From an uncultured bacterium (GTDB lineage: Bacteria > Planctomycetota > UBA1135 > GCA-002686595): a DNA stretch of 64,000 nucleotides. The DNA lies in assembly GCA_943787795.1 (NCBI GenBank), contig CALSNU010000001.1, positions 1,216,001 to 1,280,000 on the forward strand. The letters run 5' to 3'. The number at the start of each line of letters is the position of its first letter. Positions within the stretch are counted from its first letter, which is position 1. Below are positions 20,980 through 30,975 of this stretch, one piece after another. Under the pieces are notes generated by a model. That model searched no databases and was not told the DNA's origin. It saw only the letters and a program-made list of their open reading frames with translations. A program made the translations under genes and the position numbers.

Positions 20980-22491
20980 ATGGCAGAGGTCCAGACTCAA
21001 CCCGCGAGCGTTCGCCTGAGCGGGCGCGCCATGGACCTCGCCGAGCTCGTGATTCGGGGACTCGACGTCCCTACCGCGCTCCTGCGCCTCGCTCACCGCC
21101 AAGGGCTCGTGGCCCTCGACAGCGCGAGCGGCGCACCGGGACGCTGGTCACTGGTGGCCTTCGATCCGATCGAGCAGTTCCCCGCCCCAGGGCGCCTGGG
21201 CGCCCCAGGGCCGAGGGGCCAGGAGCAGGTCTCCCCCCAGGGGAGCGCTGACCTGGGGGGGGGCCGTCCCGCCAGCCTCGACGACCTTCGCCGAGCTCTC
21301 GGCGGCATGGCATGGGAAGGAGACCTGCCCCCTGGCCCCTTCTGCGGCGGGTTCATCGGCGCGATCGCCTACGACCTCGGGGTGGAGGGAGAGGACCTGG
21401 ATCTCCCCTCTGCCGTGTGGCCCCAGCCGCCCATCAGCGGGGGGCTCTACCGCGACTGGCTGGTCTTCGAGCTCGATGAAGCCGGGGCCGTGGGTGAGGC
21501 CCACCTTGTGATGGCAGATCGAGTGGGCTCGGGGGATGACGGGGCGCTTCGCGCGGCGGGCGTCCTCGAGGACCTTGAGCGGCCGGGGAGCGCGCCAGAG
21601 CCCCAGTCGCCCACGGCACACCGGCGCCACGTCTCCTCGGACGAGCACCAAGCCAGGGTCGAGCGAGCCCGAGCGCTGATCGAGCGAGGGGAGATCTACC
21701 AGGCCAACATCTGCCACCGGATGACGGCGCCGGCCTCCACCGGTCCGCTTGATCTCTACCTCGAACTACGCCGGCAGAACCCGGCGCCCTTCATGGGCTA
21801 TCTGGGCTTCATGTTCCCGGATGGCGCCGAGGGCGCGATCCTCTCGTCGAGCCCCGAACTCCTGCTGGAGCTGGAGGCGCGCGGCGTCGAGGGGCGCCGC
21901 GCCCGGACCCGGCCCATCAAGGGCACGATCGCGTGCGGAGCGGACCCCGAGTCGGACGCTCTGCAGCGGGAGCGGCTGCTGGGCAGCGAGAAGGACCGCG
22001 CCGAGCTCGCGATGATCGTCGATCTGGAGCGCAATGACCTCGGACGGATCGCTGTCCCGGGCGGCGTGACCGTCGGCGAGTTTCCGCGGCTGGAGACCTA
22101 TCGAGGCCTCCATCACCTGGTCACGGAGGTGACCGGTGAGGTGCGACCGGAGTGCTGCGCCGTCGACGTGGTCGCGGCGCTCTTCCCGGGCGGGTCCATC
22201 ACCGGCGCCCCCAAGCTCCGGAGCATGGAGGCGATCGGTGAGATCGAGGGGGAGGGGCGCGGGTTCTTCACGGGGTCCATGGGCTTCATCGACGTGCATG
22301 GCCGGGCCACCCTCAACATCTTGATCCGCACGATCATCCACCGCACGGGCGGGGACGGTGACCGGGAGGTGTCGTTCCACGTGGGGGGCGGCATCACATG
22401 GTCCTCGGACGCGGCGGCCGAGGACGACGAGACCATGCTGAAGGCGTCGGCCTTGATCGCCGCGCTGAGCGGATCCGCACTCCGGGGTTGA
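20980..22491 (+). CDS. pabB: Chorismate-binding enzyme, aminodeoxychorismate synthase component I (PabB/TrpE family)
   Basis: GEIYQAN, NPAPF, SSSPELL, TRPIKGT, EKDRAELAMIVDLERNDLGR, FPGGSITGAPK, NILIRT. The start may be ATG 21031. Confidence 0.85.
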   Translation: MAEVQTQPASVRLSGRAMDLAELVIRGLDVPTALLRLAHRQGLVALDSASGAPGRWSLVAFDPIEQFPAPGRLGAPGPRGQEQVSPQGSADLGGGRPASLDDLRRALGGMAWEGDLPPGPFCGGFIGAIAYDLGVEGEDLDLPSAVWPQPPISGGLYRDWLVFELDEAGAVGEAHLVMADRVGSGDDGALRAAGVLEDLERPGSAPEPQSPTAHRRHVSSDEHQARVERARALIERGEIYQANICHRMTAPASTGPLDLYLELRRQNPAPFMGYLGFMFPDGAEGAILSSSPELLLELEARGVEGRRARTRPIKGTIACGADPESDALQRERLLGSEKDRAELAMIVDLERNDLGRIAVPGGVTVGEFPRLETYRGLHHLVTEVTGEVRPECCAVDVVAALFPGGSITGAPKLRSMEAIGEIEGEGRGFFTGSMGFIDVHGRATLNILIRTIIHRTGGDGDREVSFHVGGGITWSSDAAAEDDETMLKASALIAALSGSALRG

Positions 22492-22681
22492 GCCGGCCTC
22501 CGGGCCGGGGGTGGGTACCTGGGGAGGGCATGGGGGGCACCATGGCTGGCGGTCAGCGCTCCACGGACCCGGTGCTTGGTTTGCATTCCGTCGTTAACGC
22601 CCTCCTTTCTTGCGGGGGCCCGGCGCACCCCCGAACATGGGGCGACGACGCCCATCTCCCGCTCCCTCTCGACGGAGGACC

Positions 22682-23533
22682 ATGATGATCTTCACGCTCG
22701 CCCTGTCCCTTTCGCTCCTCGCTCCCGCACCCGCCAGCGCTTCCGCGTCGGCCAGCGCTTCGGCATCCGCCGTCGCACGGGTCGCGGCTCCTCCCTCGCC
22801 CGGCGCGCTCCCCATCCTCCAGGACGATGAGGAGAAGCCCGACAAGCGCGATGAGATCAAGGACGCGCTCAAGTCCCTGAAGGGGCATGTGGGTAAACGC
22901 GGCAACGAGGACATCGAGGCGGTCCAGGTCATCGCGACCCTCAAGGCTGAGTTCCCCGAGAGCGGCCCGAAGGATCGCAAGGCCATCGTGAAGGGCATCA
23001 ACGCCTGCCTGAAGTCGAAGCGCAAGCTCACCAAGGAGAAGCTCTTTGACAACAAGCTCCACCTCGCCGCAGCGGAGGCCCTCGGGAGCATGGGGCCTGA
23101 GAGCGTCAAGGACCTCTCCGGGTGGGTCGATCACAAGAGCTTCATCAAGGACCTCGACATGCGCCGCACGCTGATCCTGAGCCTCGGCAAGACCAAGGAC
23201 GAGGACGCCGTCGATCCGCTCGTCGATCTCCTGACGAACCACGAACCCGCGGTCCAGGCGGCGGCTGCCCAGGCCCTGGGGGACTACGGCTTCCTCGACC
23301 AGAAGGACCGCAAGGCGGTCTTCAAGAAGGTCCTCGACGTCATCACCCAGGTCAAGAACGCGCTCGATGTGGGGCAGACCGACCCCATCGTCCAGGACCG
23401 GTACGACACCATCGCGGGGCCGATGCTGACCACGCTCCAAAAGCTCTCGGGGCACGACGCCCGGGACGCGCTGGTCTTCCGCCAGTGGTGGAACAAGAAC
23501 AAGAAGAAAGACTGGGACGAGGGGAAGAGCTGA
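22682..23533 (+). CDS. Exported HEAT-repeat protein
   Basis: Signal peptide, then HEAT-like AAAEALGSMG, LILSLGKTKD and AAAQALG, with a C-terminal FRQWWNKNK. Confidence 0.85.
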   Translation: MMIFTLALSLSLLAPAPASASASASASASAVARVAAPPSPGALPILQDDEEKPDKRDEIKDALKSLKGHVGKRGNEDIEAVQVIATLKAEFPESGPKDRKAIVKGINACLKSKRKLTKEKLFDNKLHLAAAEALGSMGPESVKDLSGWVDHKSFIKDLDMRRTLILSLGKTKDEDAVDPLVDLLTNHEPAVQAAAAQALGDYGFLDQKDRKAVFKKVLDVITQVKNALDVGQTDPIVQDRYDTIAGPMLTTLQKLSGHDARDALVFRQWWNKNKKKDWDEGKS

Positions 23534-23558
23534 GATCGCTGGATCGTCGCTCCCACCC

Positions 23559-24398
23559 ATGACACCTGACGCTGCCAAGGACCCTGAAGCCGCCGGGGAC
23601 CCTGAAGCCGCCGGGGACCCTGACGCCGCCAGGAACCCTGACGAGCCGTCGGGTTCCCAGGTCGCCCGCAGCGGGCTCTGGCTCTTCGCCCCAGTGGCGA
23701 TGGTCCTCTTCCTCGCGCTCCGGGAGCGGGTCTTTCCCTCGCCGACGCCGGGCCAGCAGTCGGCACCAGTGGCACCCGACTCCCTTGGCATCCTTGTGCC
23801 GGTGACGAGCTTTGAGGGTTGGATCCCGCGGCCCGCCGACGGCGCTCGGCTGCTGGCCCGGCTCGAGCCTCTCCACCCCGACCCGGCCCGGCAAGCCTTC
23901 GACACGGTGGTCCTGGCCGAGCGCTTTGGCCTCGAGACGCAAGCCCCTCGGGGGCAGGATCGCGCGCCGCAACCCTGGCGTCTGTCCCTGGTCGCCGAGG
24001 CGGGTCCGGGAGGAGCCCTCGAAGAGGAGGCGGAAGATGGCTCCTCAGCTCCTCGCGGGACTGAATCGAGCGCGCTGGCCGCCGAAGCGGTGGCTCCTCT
24101 CGTCGCGTCTCTCGCCAACGTGACCGTCTCTGGCCTCGAGCGCCTCGACCTCGGTCGCGTCGAAGAGGGCGCGGACGTGGAGCTCCTGGCGGCGCTGTTC
24201 GGCGCCACCAGCGCTCCGCTCGAGGTGGGCGAGCGCGCGGACCTCATCTTCTGGGGGCCGGGGCCGACGGGACCCATCGTGGTGGGAGACCTGGGCTCGG
24301 TGGCCCCGCTTCCCCTCGTCCGCGAGGTGCGCCGCCGCTCGGAGGCGGTGGCGTGGGAGGACGCGCGAAGGTCCACAGGGCCGGGGGCGGGCAAGTGA
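23559..24398 (+). CDS. Hypothetical membrane-anchored protein
   Basis: N-terminal DPEAAG repeats (18-bp unit) and one hydrophobic segment, in operon-like spacing. Confidence 0.6.
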   Translation: MTPDAAKDPEAAGDPEAAGDPDAARNPDEPSGSQVARSGLWLFAPVAMVLFLALRERVFPSPTPGQQSAPVAPDSLGILVPVTSFEGWIPRPADGARLLARLEPLHPDPARQAFDTVVLAERFGLETQAPRGQDRAPQPWRLSLVAEAGPGGALEEEAEDGSSAPRGTESSALAAEAVAPLVASLANVTVSGLERLDLGRVEEGADVELLAALFGATSAPLEVGERADLIFWGPGPTGPIVVGDLGSVAPLPLVREVRRRSEAVAWEDARRSTGPGAGK

Positions 24399-25666
24399 TC
24401 GCGACCGCGACGCTCGTCGCTGTCCTCGCGACGCAGGGGACAGCGAGCGATACGCCACAGGAGCCCGGGGTCGGTCCGGCGCCGCCGGTGGAGGTCGACC
24501 GACTGCGCGCGCGGGAACGTGAGCTCCTCGAGCGCATCGCGATCCTCGAGACCGAGCTGCGCGCTGAGAGAGCGCGTAGCCTCGCGCGTCAGGAGGAGTG
24601 GCTCGCCTTCACTCGGCTGCTCCAAGGCTTCGAGATCCCTGCGTTGCCCGATCCCCCTGAGTTCTTGGCCGAGGCCCTCATCGCCCCGCGAGACCCCGCG
24701 GCCGAGGCGCTCGAGCGGACCGAGAACGCGCGCCGTATTCGTGGTGCCCAGGTCGCAGGCTCCCTGCGAACACTGCTCAAGGCCGAGGGCGTCCGCGGTT
24801 TCGATCTGCTTGAGGTTGGCCTGCTCCATCAGCACGAGGGGCGGGCCTGGACGGGCCCAGTCATCGCCCGGCTCCTCGATGAGCGCGGCCGCATGGTCGG
24901 GATGCTGAAGGCAGAGCGGCTTCGTCTGGAGGTCAGCCGCTCGTCGCGCTCGGTCACCGTCATCCTCGAGGACGGCTACGAGTCGCGAGCGGGGTTGCGT
25001 CGCGCCTTCGAGGGGGGAGCGGCCGTGCCCACAGAGCTGGGCGTAGCCAACAGGATCGGCGGCGGCCGACGCCGGGTCTATCTCGGCGCTGTGGACCCCG
25101 AACCCTGGATCGAGGCGCTCCCCGAGCTCGTGGACCCGGTCCTGCTCGCCAGGGGAAGCGACGATGGCATGTGGGACCTTGACGACCTGCGGGTGCAGCT
25201 GGTTCGTCTGCTCCACGAGGCGGCCCAGGCGGGGGATCCGCGCTGGCGGCTGGTGGGTCTCGGGGGGGTGCGTGGGAACGAGCTTCGCGACGTTCAATTC
25301 GCCGAGCTCGACCCCGTCACCGGGCGGGCCCAGCGACGGGCCTTCGCCGACAGCGTGCGGATCCGGCTCCGACCGAGCGGCGGGGTCGAGCTGCTGCTCG
25401 AGGGCGGGACGGTCCGGCGCGGCACCCGCGTGGCGCCCTTCCTCGGGGGCAAGTACCGCATCGTCCTGCCGCGGGCTCGCGCGGACGATTGGCGCGATGC
25501 GGCCCTTCCGGGGATCGCTCCTCCGCCCTTGCGGCCGGCCATGCCGCCCGCTGGGGAGCCAACGGGGCAGCCGGAGCAGAAGGCGACGCAGCCGCGGATC
25601 CAGCGAGCGGCGCCTGCCGAGGACTCGAAGGAGATCATCAAGGAACCCGCCTCGTCCGTCCGGTAG
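24395..25666 (+). CDS. Hypothetical exported protein with coiled coil
   Basis: The GTG start overlaps the upstream stop (GTGA). Signal-like IATATLVAVLA; it ends 10 bp before xseA. Confidence 0.65.
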   Translation: MIATATLVAVLATQGTASDTPQEPGVGPAPPVEVDRLRARERELLERIAILETELRAERARSLARQEEWLAFTRLLQGFEIPALPDPPEFLAEALIAPRDPAAEALERTENARRIRGAQVAGSLRTLLKAEGVRGFDLLEVGLLHQHEGRAWTGPVIARLLDERGRMVGMLKAERLRLEVSRSSRSVTVILEDGYESRAGLRRAFEGGAAVPTELGVANRIGGGRRRVYLGAVDPEPWIEALPELVDPVLLARGSDDGMWDLDDLRVQLVRLLHEAAQAGDPRWRLVGLGGVRGNELRDVQFAELDPVTGRAQRRAFADSVRIRLRPSGGVELLLEGGTVRRGTRVAPFLGGKYRIVLPRARADDWRDAALPGIAPPPLRPAMPPAGEPTGQPEQKATQPRIQRAAPAEDSKEIIKEPASSVR

Positions 25667-25676
25667 CCTTGCGGGC

Positions 25677-27218
25677 GTGAGCCTTTTCGACGACGTCCCC
25701 AGGCGCCCCCGCGGCGGAACGCGCGGCCGAGGTTCACGCTCGGCGCGCCCGTCGGCGGCGCAGCCGTCTCAGACCTCGCGGCCGGCGAGGGCGCCCGGCG
25801 GACCCACCTCCGGTGCCGGCGGCCCGGAGCCCGGAGGAGGGGGCGGCCCCTCGGTGGAGTCCGTGTCCCAGCTCACAGCGAGGATCAACTCGGCTCTGAA
25901 GGGCTTCGGGCGACTGGCGGTGGAGGGTGAGATCAGCCGTCCGAAGACGGTCGCATCGGGTCACGTCTTCTTCACGCTCAAGGACGGCTCCGCGGTGCTG
26001 GACGCGAAGGTCTGGCGCTCGGCGGCGCCCCGTGCGCTCGCCTCGGTGGGCAAGCTGGCGGAGGGGGCCAGGGTGGTCTGCCATGGCAGTCTCGACGTCT
26101 ACGCGCCCTACGGGAAGCACAGCCTCATCGTGGATCGCATCGAGCCGCGGGGGATGGGGGCGCTGCTCGCAGACCTCGAGCGGCTCAAGGTGCAGCTGCG
26201 TGAGGAGGGGCTGATGGACCGGCGTCGACCGCTCCCGAGGTTCCCCGCGCGAGTCGGCGTCGTCACGAGCCGCGACGCCGATGCCTGGCGAGATTTTCTC
26301 AGGACCCGATCCCTGCGTTGGGCGGGCTATCCCGTGCGGCTGGTGCACTCGCGGGTGCAGGGGCAGGCCGCCGCGCGCGAGATCGCCGGCGCCATCCGGC
26401 GGCTCGACGAGAGCGGGGTGGACGTGGTGGTGGTCTGCCGGGGGGGCGGCGCGATCGAGGACCTGTGGTGCTTCAATGAGGAGGTCGTCGCCCGTGCCAT
26501 CTGGGCCTGCAGTGTCCCGGTGGTGACCGGGGTCGGGCACGAGTCGGACACGACCCTCGTCGACCTCGTCGCGGATCACCGGGCCCACACTCCGACCGAT
26601 GCCGCCCAGACGGTGCTCCCGGACCGATCAACGCTGATGGAGGCCATCGAGCGACAGGGCGCGTATCTGGGCGACGCTATGGAGCGCGTTGTGGACGGCC
26701 GCGCGGACCGCTTCTCGCGCGCGGCGCGGACCCTGCGGCTGCGGACGCCGGCCCGGCTCGTCGAGGAGCGGGGTGCTCGGGTCGAGGCCGCAGGCCATCG
26801 CGGGCGTAGCGCCGCGGTCTCGGCGATTCAGGGATCGACGGCTCGGCTGGAGCGCCTGGCGTCCCGGCTCGAACGTCAGAGTCCGATGGCGCGCGTGGTG
26901 CGGGGCGAGGGGTGCGTGGACGGGGCGAAGGCCAGGCTCCTCGCCGCCATGAAGGCGCTGGTCTCCGCGGCCGATCGGCGTCTGGAGCCCGCGGGGCGCG
27001 CGCTCGAGGCGGTCTCGCCCCTGGCCGTCCTGGAGCGGGGCTATTCGATCACCCGGCGCGCCGATGGGAGCGTTGTAGAGGACCCCTCAGACCTGGACGT
27101 CGGAGAGACGCTCACCACGATCGTGGCACGCGGAGAGGTCGACGCCGCCGTCCAGGCTGTAAGGACCCAGGATCGGAATCAGGGTCGGGCTGAGGCGCGA
27201 GGCGGCGGCGATGGATGA
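25677..27218 (+). CDS. xseA: Exodeoxyribonuclease VII large subunit
   Basis: VEGEIS, SGHVFFTLKD, VGVVTS, VQG..AA, RGGGAIEDLWCFNEE, GVGHESD, TPTDAA, SPLAVLERGY. Confidence 0.95.
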   Translation: MSLFDDVPRRPRGGTRGRGSRSARPSAAQPSQTSRPARAPGGPTSGAGGPEPGGGGGPSVESVSQLTARINSALKGFGRLAVEGEISRPKTVASGHVFFTLKDGSAVLDAKVWRSAAPRALASVGKLAEGARVVCHGSLDVYAPYGKHSLIVDRIEPRGMGALLADLERLKVQLREEGLMDRRRPLPRFPARVGVVTSRDADAWRDFLRTRSLRWAGYPVRLVHSRVQGQAAAREIAGAIRRLDESGVDVVVVCRGGGAIEDLWCFNEEVVARAIWACSVPVVTGVGHESDTTLVDLVADHRAHTPTDAAQTVLPDRSTLMEAIERQGAYLGDAMERVVDGRADRFSRAARTLRLRTPARLVEERGARVEAAGHRGRSAAVSAIQGSTARLERLASRLERQSPMARVVRGEGCVDGAKARLLAAMKALVSAADRRLEPAGRALEAVSPLAVLERGYSITRRADGSVVEDPSDLDVGETLTTIVARGEVDAAVQAVRTQDRNQGRAEARGGGDG

Positions 27219-28257
27219 GCACGATCAGCGGACGAGCTCGCGGGAGAGCTCAGCGGACAGCTCGGTGGAGGGCTCGGTGGAGAGCTCGGCGGAGGGCTCG
27301 GCGGGGGGCTCGGCGGGGGGCTCAGGCACCTGGGCCGTGGTCGTGAACTGGAACGGCGGCCTTGAACAGAACCTGGCCTGCCTGCGGTCCCTCGAGGCCC
27401 AGGGGCTCCAGGCCGGCCGCATCGTCTTCGTGGACAACGCCTCGAGCGATGGGTCAAGGGAGGAGGTCGCGGCCGCGATGGCGGGCTTGGTTCACCTCGA
27501 CAACGGCGACAACCTGGGGTTCGGTGAGGCCGCGAATCAGGGCGCAAAGCTGGCGCTGGACAAAGGGGCAGAGGCCGTGTTCTTCGTGAACAATGACCTC
27601 CGCTTCGACGCCGGAGCGTCCTGCCTCGCGGAGCTCGAGGAGACGCTCAGTTCGGGGCCGCGGGTCGGCATGGCCGGACCGCGAATCCTCTTCGACGACG
27701 ATACGGGTCGGGTGTGGTGCGCGGGGGGGCGCTTGGACTTCCGCCAGAACCTCTCCACGCTGCTCGGCCACAAGCAGCCCGACGGGCCGCGGTGGCGCGA
27801 GTCCGGGCCCGTGGATTACATTCCCGGGTGCGCGCTTCTGGTCAGCCGTGAGTGCCTGCAGGACGTTGGATTCTTCGACGCTGCGTTCTTCGCCTACATG
27901 GAAGACGTGGACCTGGGGCTCCGCGCGCGCCGGAGGAACTGGTCCGTCCTCCTTCGCGGGGATCTGCGCGCCCTTCATGCCCCCTCTAGCTCGACCGGGG
28001 GGGGGTATGGCGCGCGGCGGAAGTGGATGCAGGGCGTCAACTCGATCCGCTTCCTCGTCCTGCACGGGCGCCCGACGCATTGGCTGCGGTTCCTTGTCTT
28101 TGACGTCCTCACGCTCCCGGGGGCGTTGCTCCTGCGTGGGTGCCGAGGCGAGGGCGCCGGCGTGCTCGCGAAGGCGAAGGGCATCCTCGACGGGGCCCGT
28201 GGCCGCAGGGTGACGGCGGAGGCCCTGGAGCCCGGGGCTTCGCGGCTCTGGCCCTGA
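27211..28257 (+). CDS. Glycosyltransferase family 2
   Basis: VVVNWNG, VDNASSDGS, NLGFGEAAN, VNND, GCALLV, FFAYMEDVDL. The N-terminus has SS(V/A)EG repeats. Confidence 0.92.
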   Translation: MDEHDQRTSSRESSADSSVEGSVESSAEGSAGGSAGGSGTWAVVVNWNGGLEQNLACLRSLEAQGLQAGRIVFVDNASSDGSREEVAAAMAGLVHLDNGDNLGFGEAANQGAKLALDKGAEAVFFVNNDLRFDAGASCLAELEETLSSGPRVGMAGPRILFDDDTGRVWCAGGRLDFRQNLSTLLGHKQPDGPRWRESGPVDYIPGCALLVSRECLQDVGFFDAAFFAYMEDVDLGLRARRRNWSVLLRGDLRALHAPSSSTGGGYGARRKWMQGVNSIRFLVLHGRPTHWLRFLVFDVLTLPGALLLRGCRGEGAGVLAKAKGILDGARGRRVTAEALEPGASRLWP

Positions 28258-28311
28258 ATCAGTTCTGAATCGGCCCTGAGCTGACCCTGAGCTGACCCTG
28301 AGCTGACCCTG
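28252..28311. repeat. 11-bp tandem repeat x5 starting at the GT2 stop codon
   Basis: CCCTGAATCAG, TTCTGAATCGG, then CCCTGAGCTGA x3. Confidence 0.8.
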
Positions 28312-28516
28312 GGCAAACGCAATGCAGATATCAGTGTGCAGCGGTCAGGATGGGGGGGGCCGAGAGGCGGCCTCAGAACGAGTGCTGCGCGCCCCAGATT
28401 GATGGAACACGTGGCTGCGATCGGCTCTCCAAGGACGTGTGGCGGCAGACGCGGCTAACCTATAGAACCGGGAGCGCCCTCCCCCGCTCGGCTCCGATTC
28501 AAAGGACCCTCCGATC

Positions 28517-29911
28517 ATGAGACTCTCCATCGAACCAGGCCCCCTTGGAACCCTGGGCGCGCTGCTGCTGGCGGGCGTGGCGTCGTCTCAGGAGCCCCAG
28601 CCGCTCATGGGCCAGCCCGTGCGCGGCCTGTCGGCTCAGGAGCTCGCGCTCTTCGAGGAAGGGCGGATGGCGTTCATCGCTCCGCTGCCCCAGTCCGAGG
28701 GTGCGGGCCCCCTGTTCAACGAGCTCACCTGCGCCGGGTGCCACAACGTGCCGGCGATCGGCGGGTTCGGCGGTCGCCGGGTCACGCGCTTTGGCGTGGC
28801 GGCCACGAGCACGTCACCCTTCCAGGCTCTCGAGGGGCTCGGCGGGACCCTGCTTCAGGACCAGTCCTTCACGATCGCGTGCCGCGAAACCGTGCCGACG
28901 CAGGCGACACACACCGCGCTCCGAGGGACGCCGATCCTGTTCGGCGCAGGGCTCATCGAGTCGATTCCGGACGCGACCTTGGTCGTGCGCGCGAATAACC
29001 AGCCCTCCGGGCTCGTGGGCCGTGTGCACACGACCGTGCCGATCGAGACCCCGGGCGGTGCTCGTCGCATCGGGCGCTTCGGCTGGAAGGGCGGCATCGC
29101 GACCGTCGATTCCTTCTCGCTCGACGCGGCGCTGAATGAGATGGGGTTGACGAGCCAGTTCCTCCCGCAAGAGAACGCGCCCAACGGAGACCTGGCGCTG
29201 CTCGCCCAGTGCGACACCGTCGCCGATCCCGAGGACATGCCGGACGCCGCGGGCTTCACCCGCACGGATCGCTTCACCCACTTCCAGCGCTTCCTCGCGG
29301 CCCCCGCGCAGACTCCGCGGAGCGGGATGGCCGGAGAGGCGGTCTTCGAGGCGGTGGGATGTGCGGACTGCCACGTCGCGAGCTACGTGACGGCTCAGGT
29401 GCCAGAGGACGCGTTGTCCGGGCAGACCATCCAGCCGTACGCCGACTTCCTCCTTCATGACCTCGGCTCGCTGGGTGATGGCATCGTCGAGGGGGAGGCC
29501 ACCGAGACCGAGATGATGACGCGCCCGCTCTGGGGGCTCGCCCAGCGGCCGAGCTTCCTCCACGACGGGCGCGCGACCGGGGGCACCTTCGAGCAGAACG
29601 TGGCGGCGGCCATCGCCGAGCATGGGGGCACGGCGACTCCCTCGGCTCAGGCCTTCGCGGCGCTCTCCGCCGCGGAGAAGGACCTGGTCTACCGCTTCCT
29701 TGGCTCTCTCGGCCGCGCAGAGTTCGACTGGGATACGAACAACACCATCGATGAGTTCGACTGGTTCTTCATTTACCCCCTTATGACAGGACCGGAGCCG
29801 GCGACCCCTCTCTCCCCTGACGACACCGGGGCCATCGCTGACGTGGACCAGGACGGAGACTTCGACCTGGTTGAATTCGGCAAGCTCCAGCGCGCGTTCA
29901 CCGGACAGTGA
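28517..29911 (+). CDS. Secreted di-haem oxidoreductase (DHOR family) with dockerin-like C-terminus
   Basis: GPLFNELTCAGCH, GRFGWKG, GCADCH, DFLLHD, RPLWG, FLHDGRA. The C-terminus has paired calcium-loop motifs DWDTNNTIDEFD and DVDQDGDFDLVEF. Confidence 0.9.
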   Translation: MRLSIEPGPLGTLGALLLAGVASSQEPQPLMGQPVRGLSAQELALFEEGRMAFIAPLPQSEGAGPLFNELTCAGCHNVPAIGGFGGRRVTRFGVAATSTSPFQALEGLGGTLLQDQSFTIACRETVPTQATHTALRGTPILFGAGLIESIPDATLVVRANNQPSGLVGRVHTTVPIETPGGARRIGRFGWKGGIATVDSFSLDAALNEMGLTSQFLPQENAPNGDLALLAQCDTVADPEDMPDAAGFTRTDRFTHFQRFLAAPAQTPRSGMAGEAVFEAVGCADCHVASYVTAQVPEDALSGQTIQPYADFLLHDLGSLGDGIVEGEATETEMMTRPLWGLAQRPSFLHDGRATGGTFEQNVAAAIAEHGGTATPSAQAFAALSAAEKDLVYRFLGSLGRAEFDWDTNNTIDEFDWFFIYPLMTGPEPATPLSPDDTGAIADVDQDGDFDLVEFGKLQRAFTGQ

Positions 29912-29922
29912 GGTCCCACGTC

Positions 29923-30939
29923 ATGTTCAAACAAAGCTCCATCCTCGTCGCCGCGGCGACGCTCGCGGCGCCCCTCGCTGCCCAGGTGACCCTCGACGTC
30001 AAGGTCCTCTCCGCGGGTGCTCCTGTGGTGAGCGTCATGCCGGGACAGGTCGTCTCGTTCTCCCTGGAGGCGCAGCTCGGCGGCGAACCCAGTCAGGGGC
30101 TCGCCATGTTCGCCGTGGACCTCGACCACGACGGCGGCCCCCTCACTCAGGTGACGCCGAGCGCGGCGGCTGCGCCCTTCGTCTCGCCCATGGGCGTGAA
30201 CAACCCCGCCGGGTTCGGTGGCACCGTCCGAGGCGGCGACCTGCTCCAGGTCGGCGGAGCCATGAACACCATCAACAACCAGTTCGCCTCCGCTCCGCTG
30301 GGGTCAGTGGTGACCGGGATCGCACTCACAAGCGCCGAGGTGCTTGCCACCGGGTCGGTCACGGCCCCCACGACGGCGGGCGTCTACCGGGTCTCGGCGA
30401 CGAACCTCTTCGCCAACGCGCTGGACGCTCCGGCGCCAGGGGGGCATTGGGACGTCAAGGCCGTGGAGGCTGGGGCCGTTGAGTCGCTCACGATCCTCGT
30501 CCTGGACTGCGGGGCGGAGACCTTCTGCGACGCGAAGGAGGACTCCGCGGGCTGCGTACCCGCGATCACCTCTTCCGGCGCCGCGTCGCTGGGCGGGAAC
30601 TCGATCCTTACCCTGACGGCGTCGGGCGTCCTCAACCGGCAGTTCGGCCTCTTCATCTACGGCACCGAGGTCGCGGACGACCCGGCCTTCGGCGGCACGC
30701 TGTGTGTCGGCGGGAACGAGGTTCGGCTCATGGAGCCCACCAACTCTGGCGGCAGCGGCGCGCCGGGGACCTCCTGCGATGGCAGCTTCACGCGCGTCAT
30801 CGACGGCGCCTTCCTGGCTGCCGCAGGCTTCGGCATCGGTGAAGAGGTCTTCTGTCAGTGGCTCTATCGTGACCCCCTCGCCCCCGACGGAAGCGGCGCA
30901 GGCATCACGAACGCCGCGGCTTTCCTCGTCTGCCCCTGA
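29923..30939 (+). CDS. Secreted protein: beta-rich (cohesin-like?) N-domain plus shared C-terminal domain
   Basis: Signal peptide MFKQSSILVAAATLAAPLAA. C-terminal FC...GLFIYG...GTLCVGG...QWLYRD...TNAA. Confidence 0.8.
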   Translation: MFKQSSILVAAATLAAPLAAQVTLDVKVLSAGAPVVSVMPGQVVSFSLEAQLGGEPSQGLAMFAVDLDHDGGPLTQVTPSAAAAPFVSPMGVNNPAGFGGTVRGGDLLQVGGAMNTINNQFASAPLGSVVTGIALTSAEVLATGSVTAPTTAGVYRVSATNLFANALDAPAPGGHWDVKAVEAGAVESLTILVLDCGAETFCDAKEDSAGCVPAITSSGAASLGGNSILTLTASGVLNRQFGLFIYGTEVADDPAFGGTLCVGGNEVRLMEPTNSGGSGAPGTSCDGSFTRVIDGAFLAAAGFGIGEEVFCQWLYRDPLAPDGSGAGITNAAAFLVCP

Positions 30940-30975
30940 CCGCTGCGGCCCCGAGGAGGGGCCCATGGCTTCTGC

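Noticed and set aside
22553..25297. 914-aa minus-strand ORF and similar long ORFs (974..2509, 6414..8465, 11242..12972, 36531..39077, 40249..41814, 46044..47606, 59232..60851)
   Set aside because: These are antisense shadows of well-supported genes, expected in high-GC DNA with strong codon bias, and they have no recognisable motifs.
28305..28350. c-di-GMP-I riboswitch suggested by GGGCAAAC upstream of the DHOR cluster
   Set aside because: The following GNRA-capped stem and second conserved hairpin are not evident. An Rfam search would settle it.
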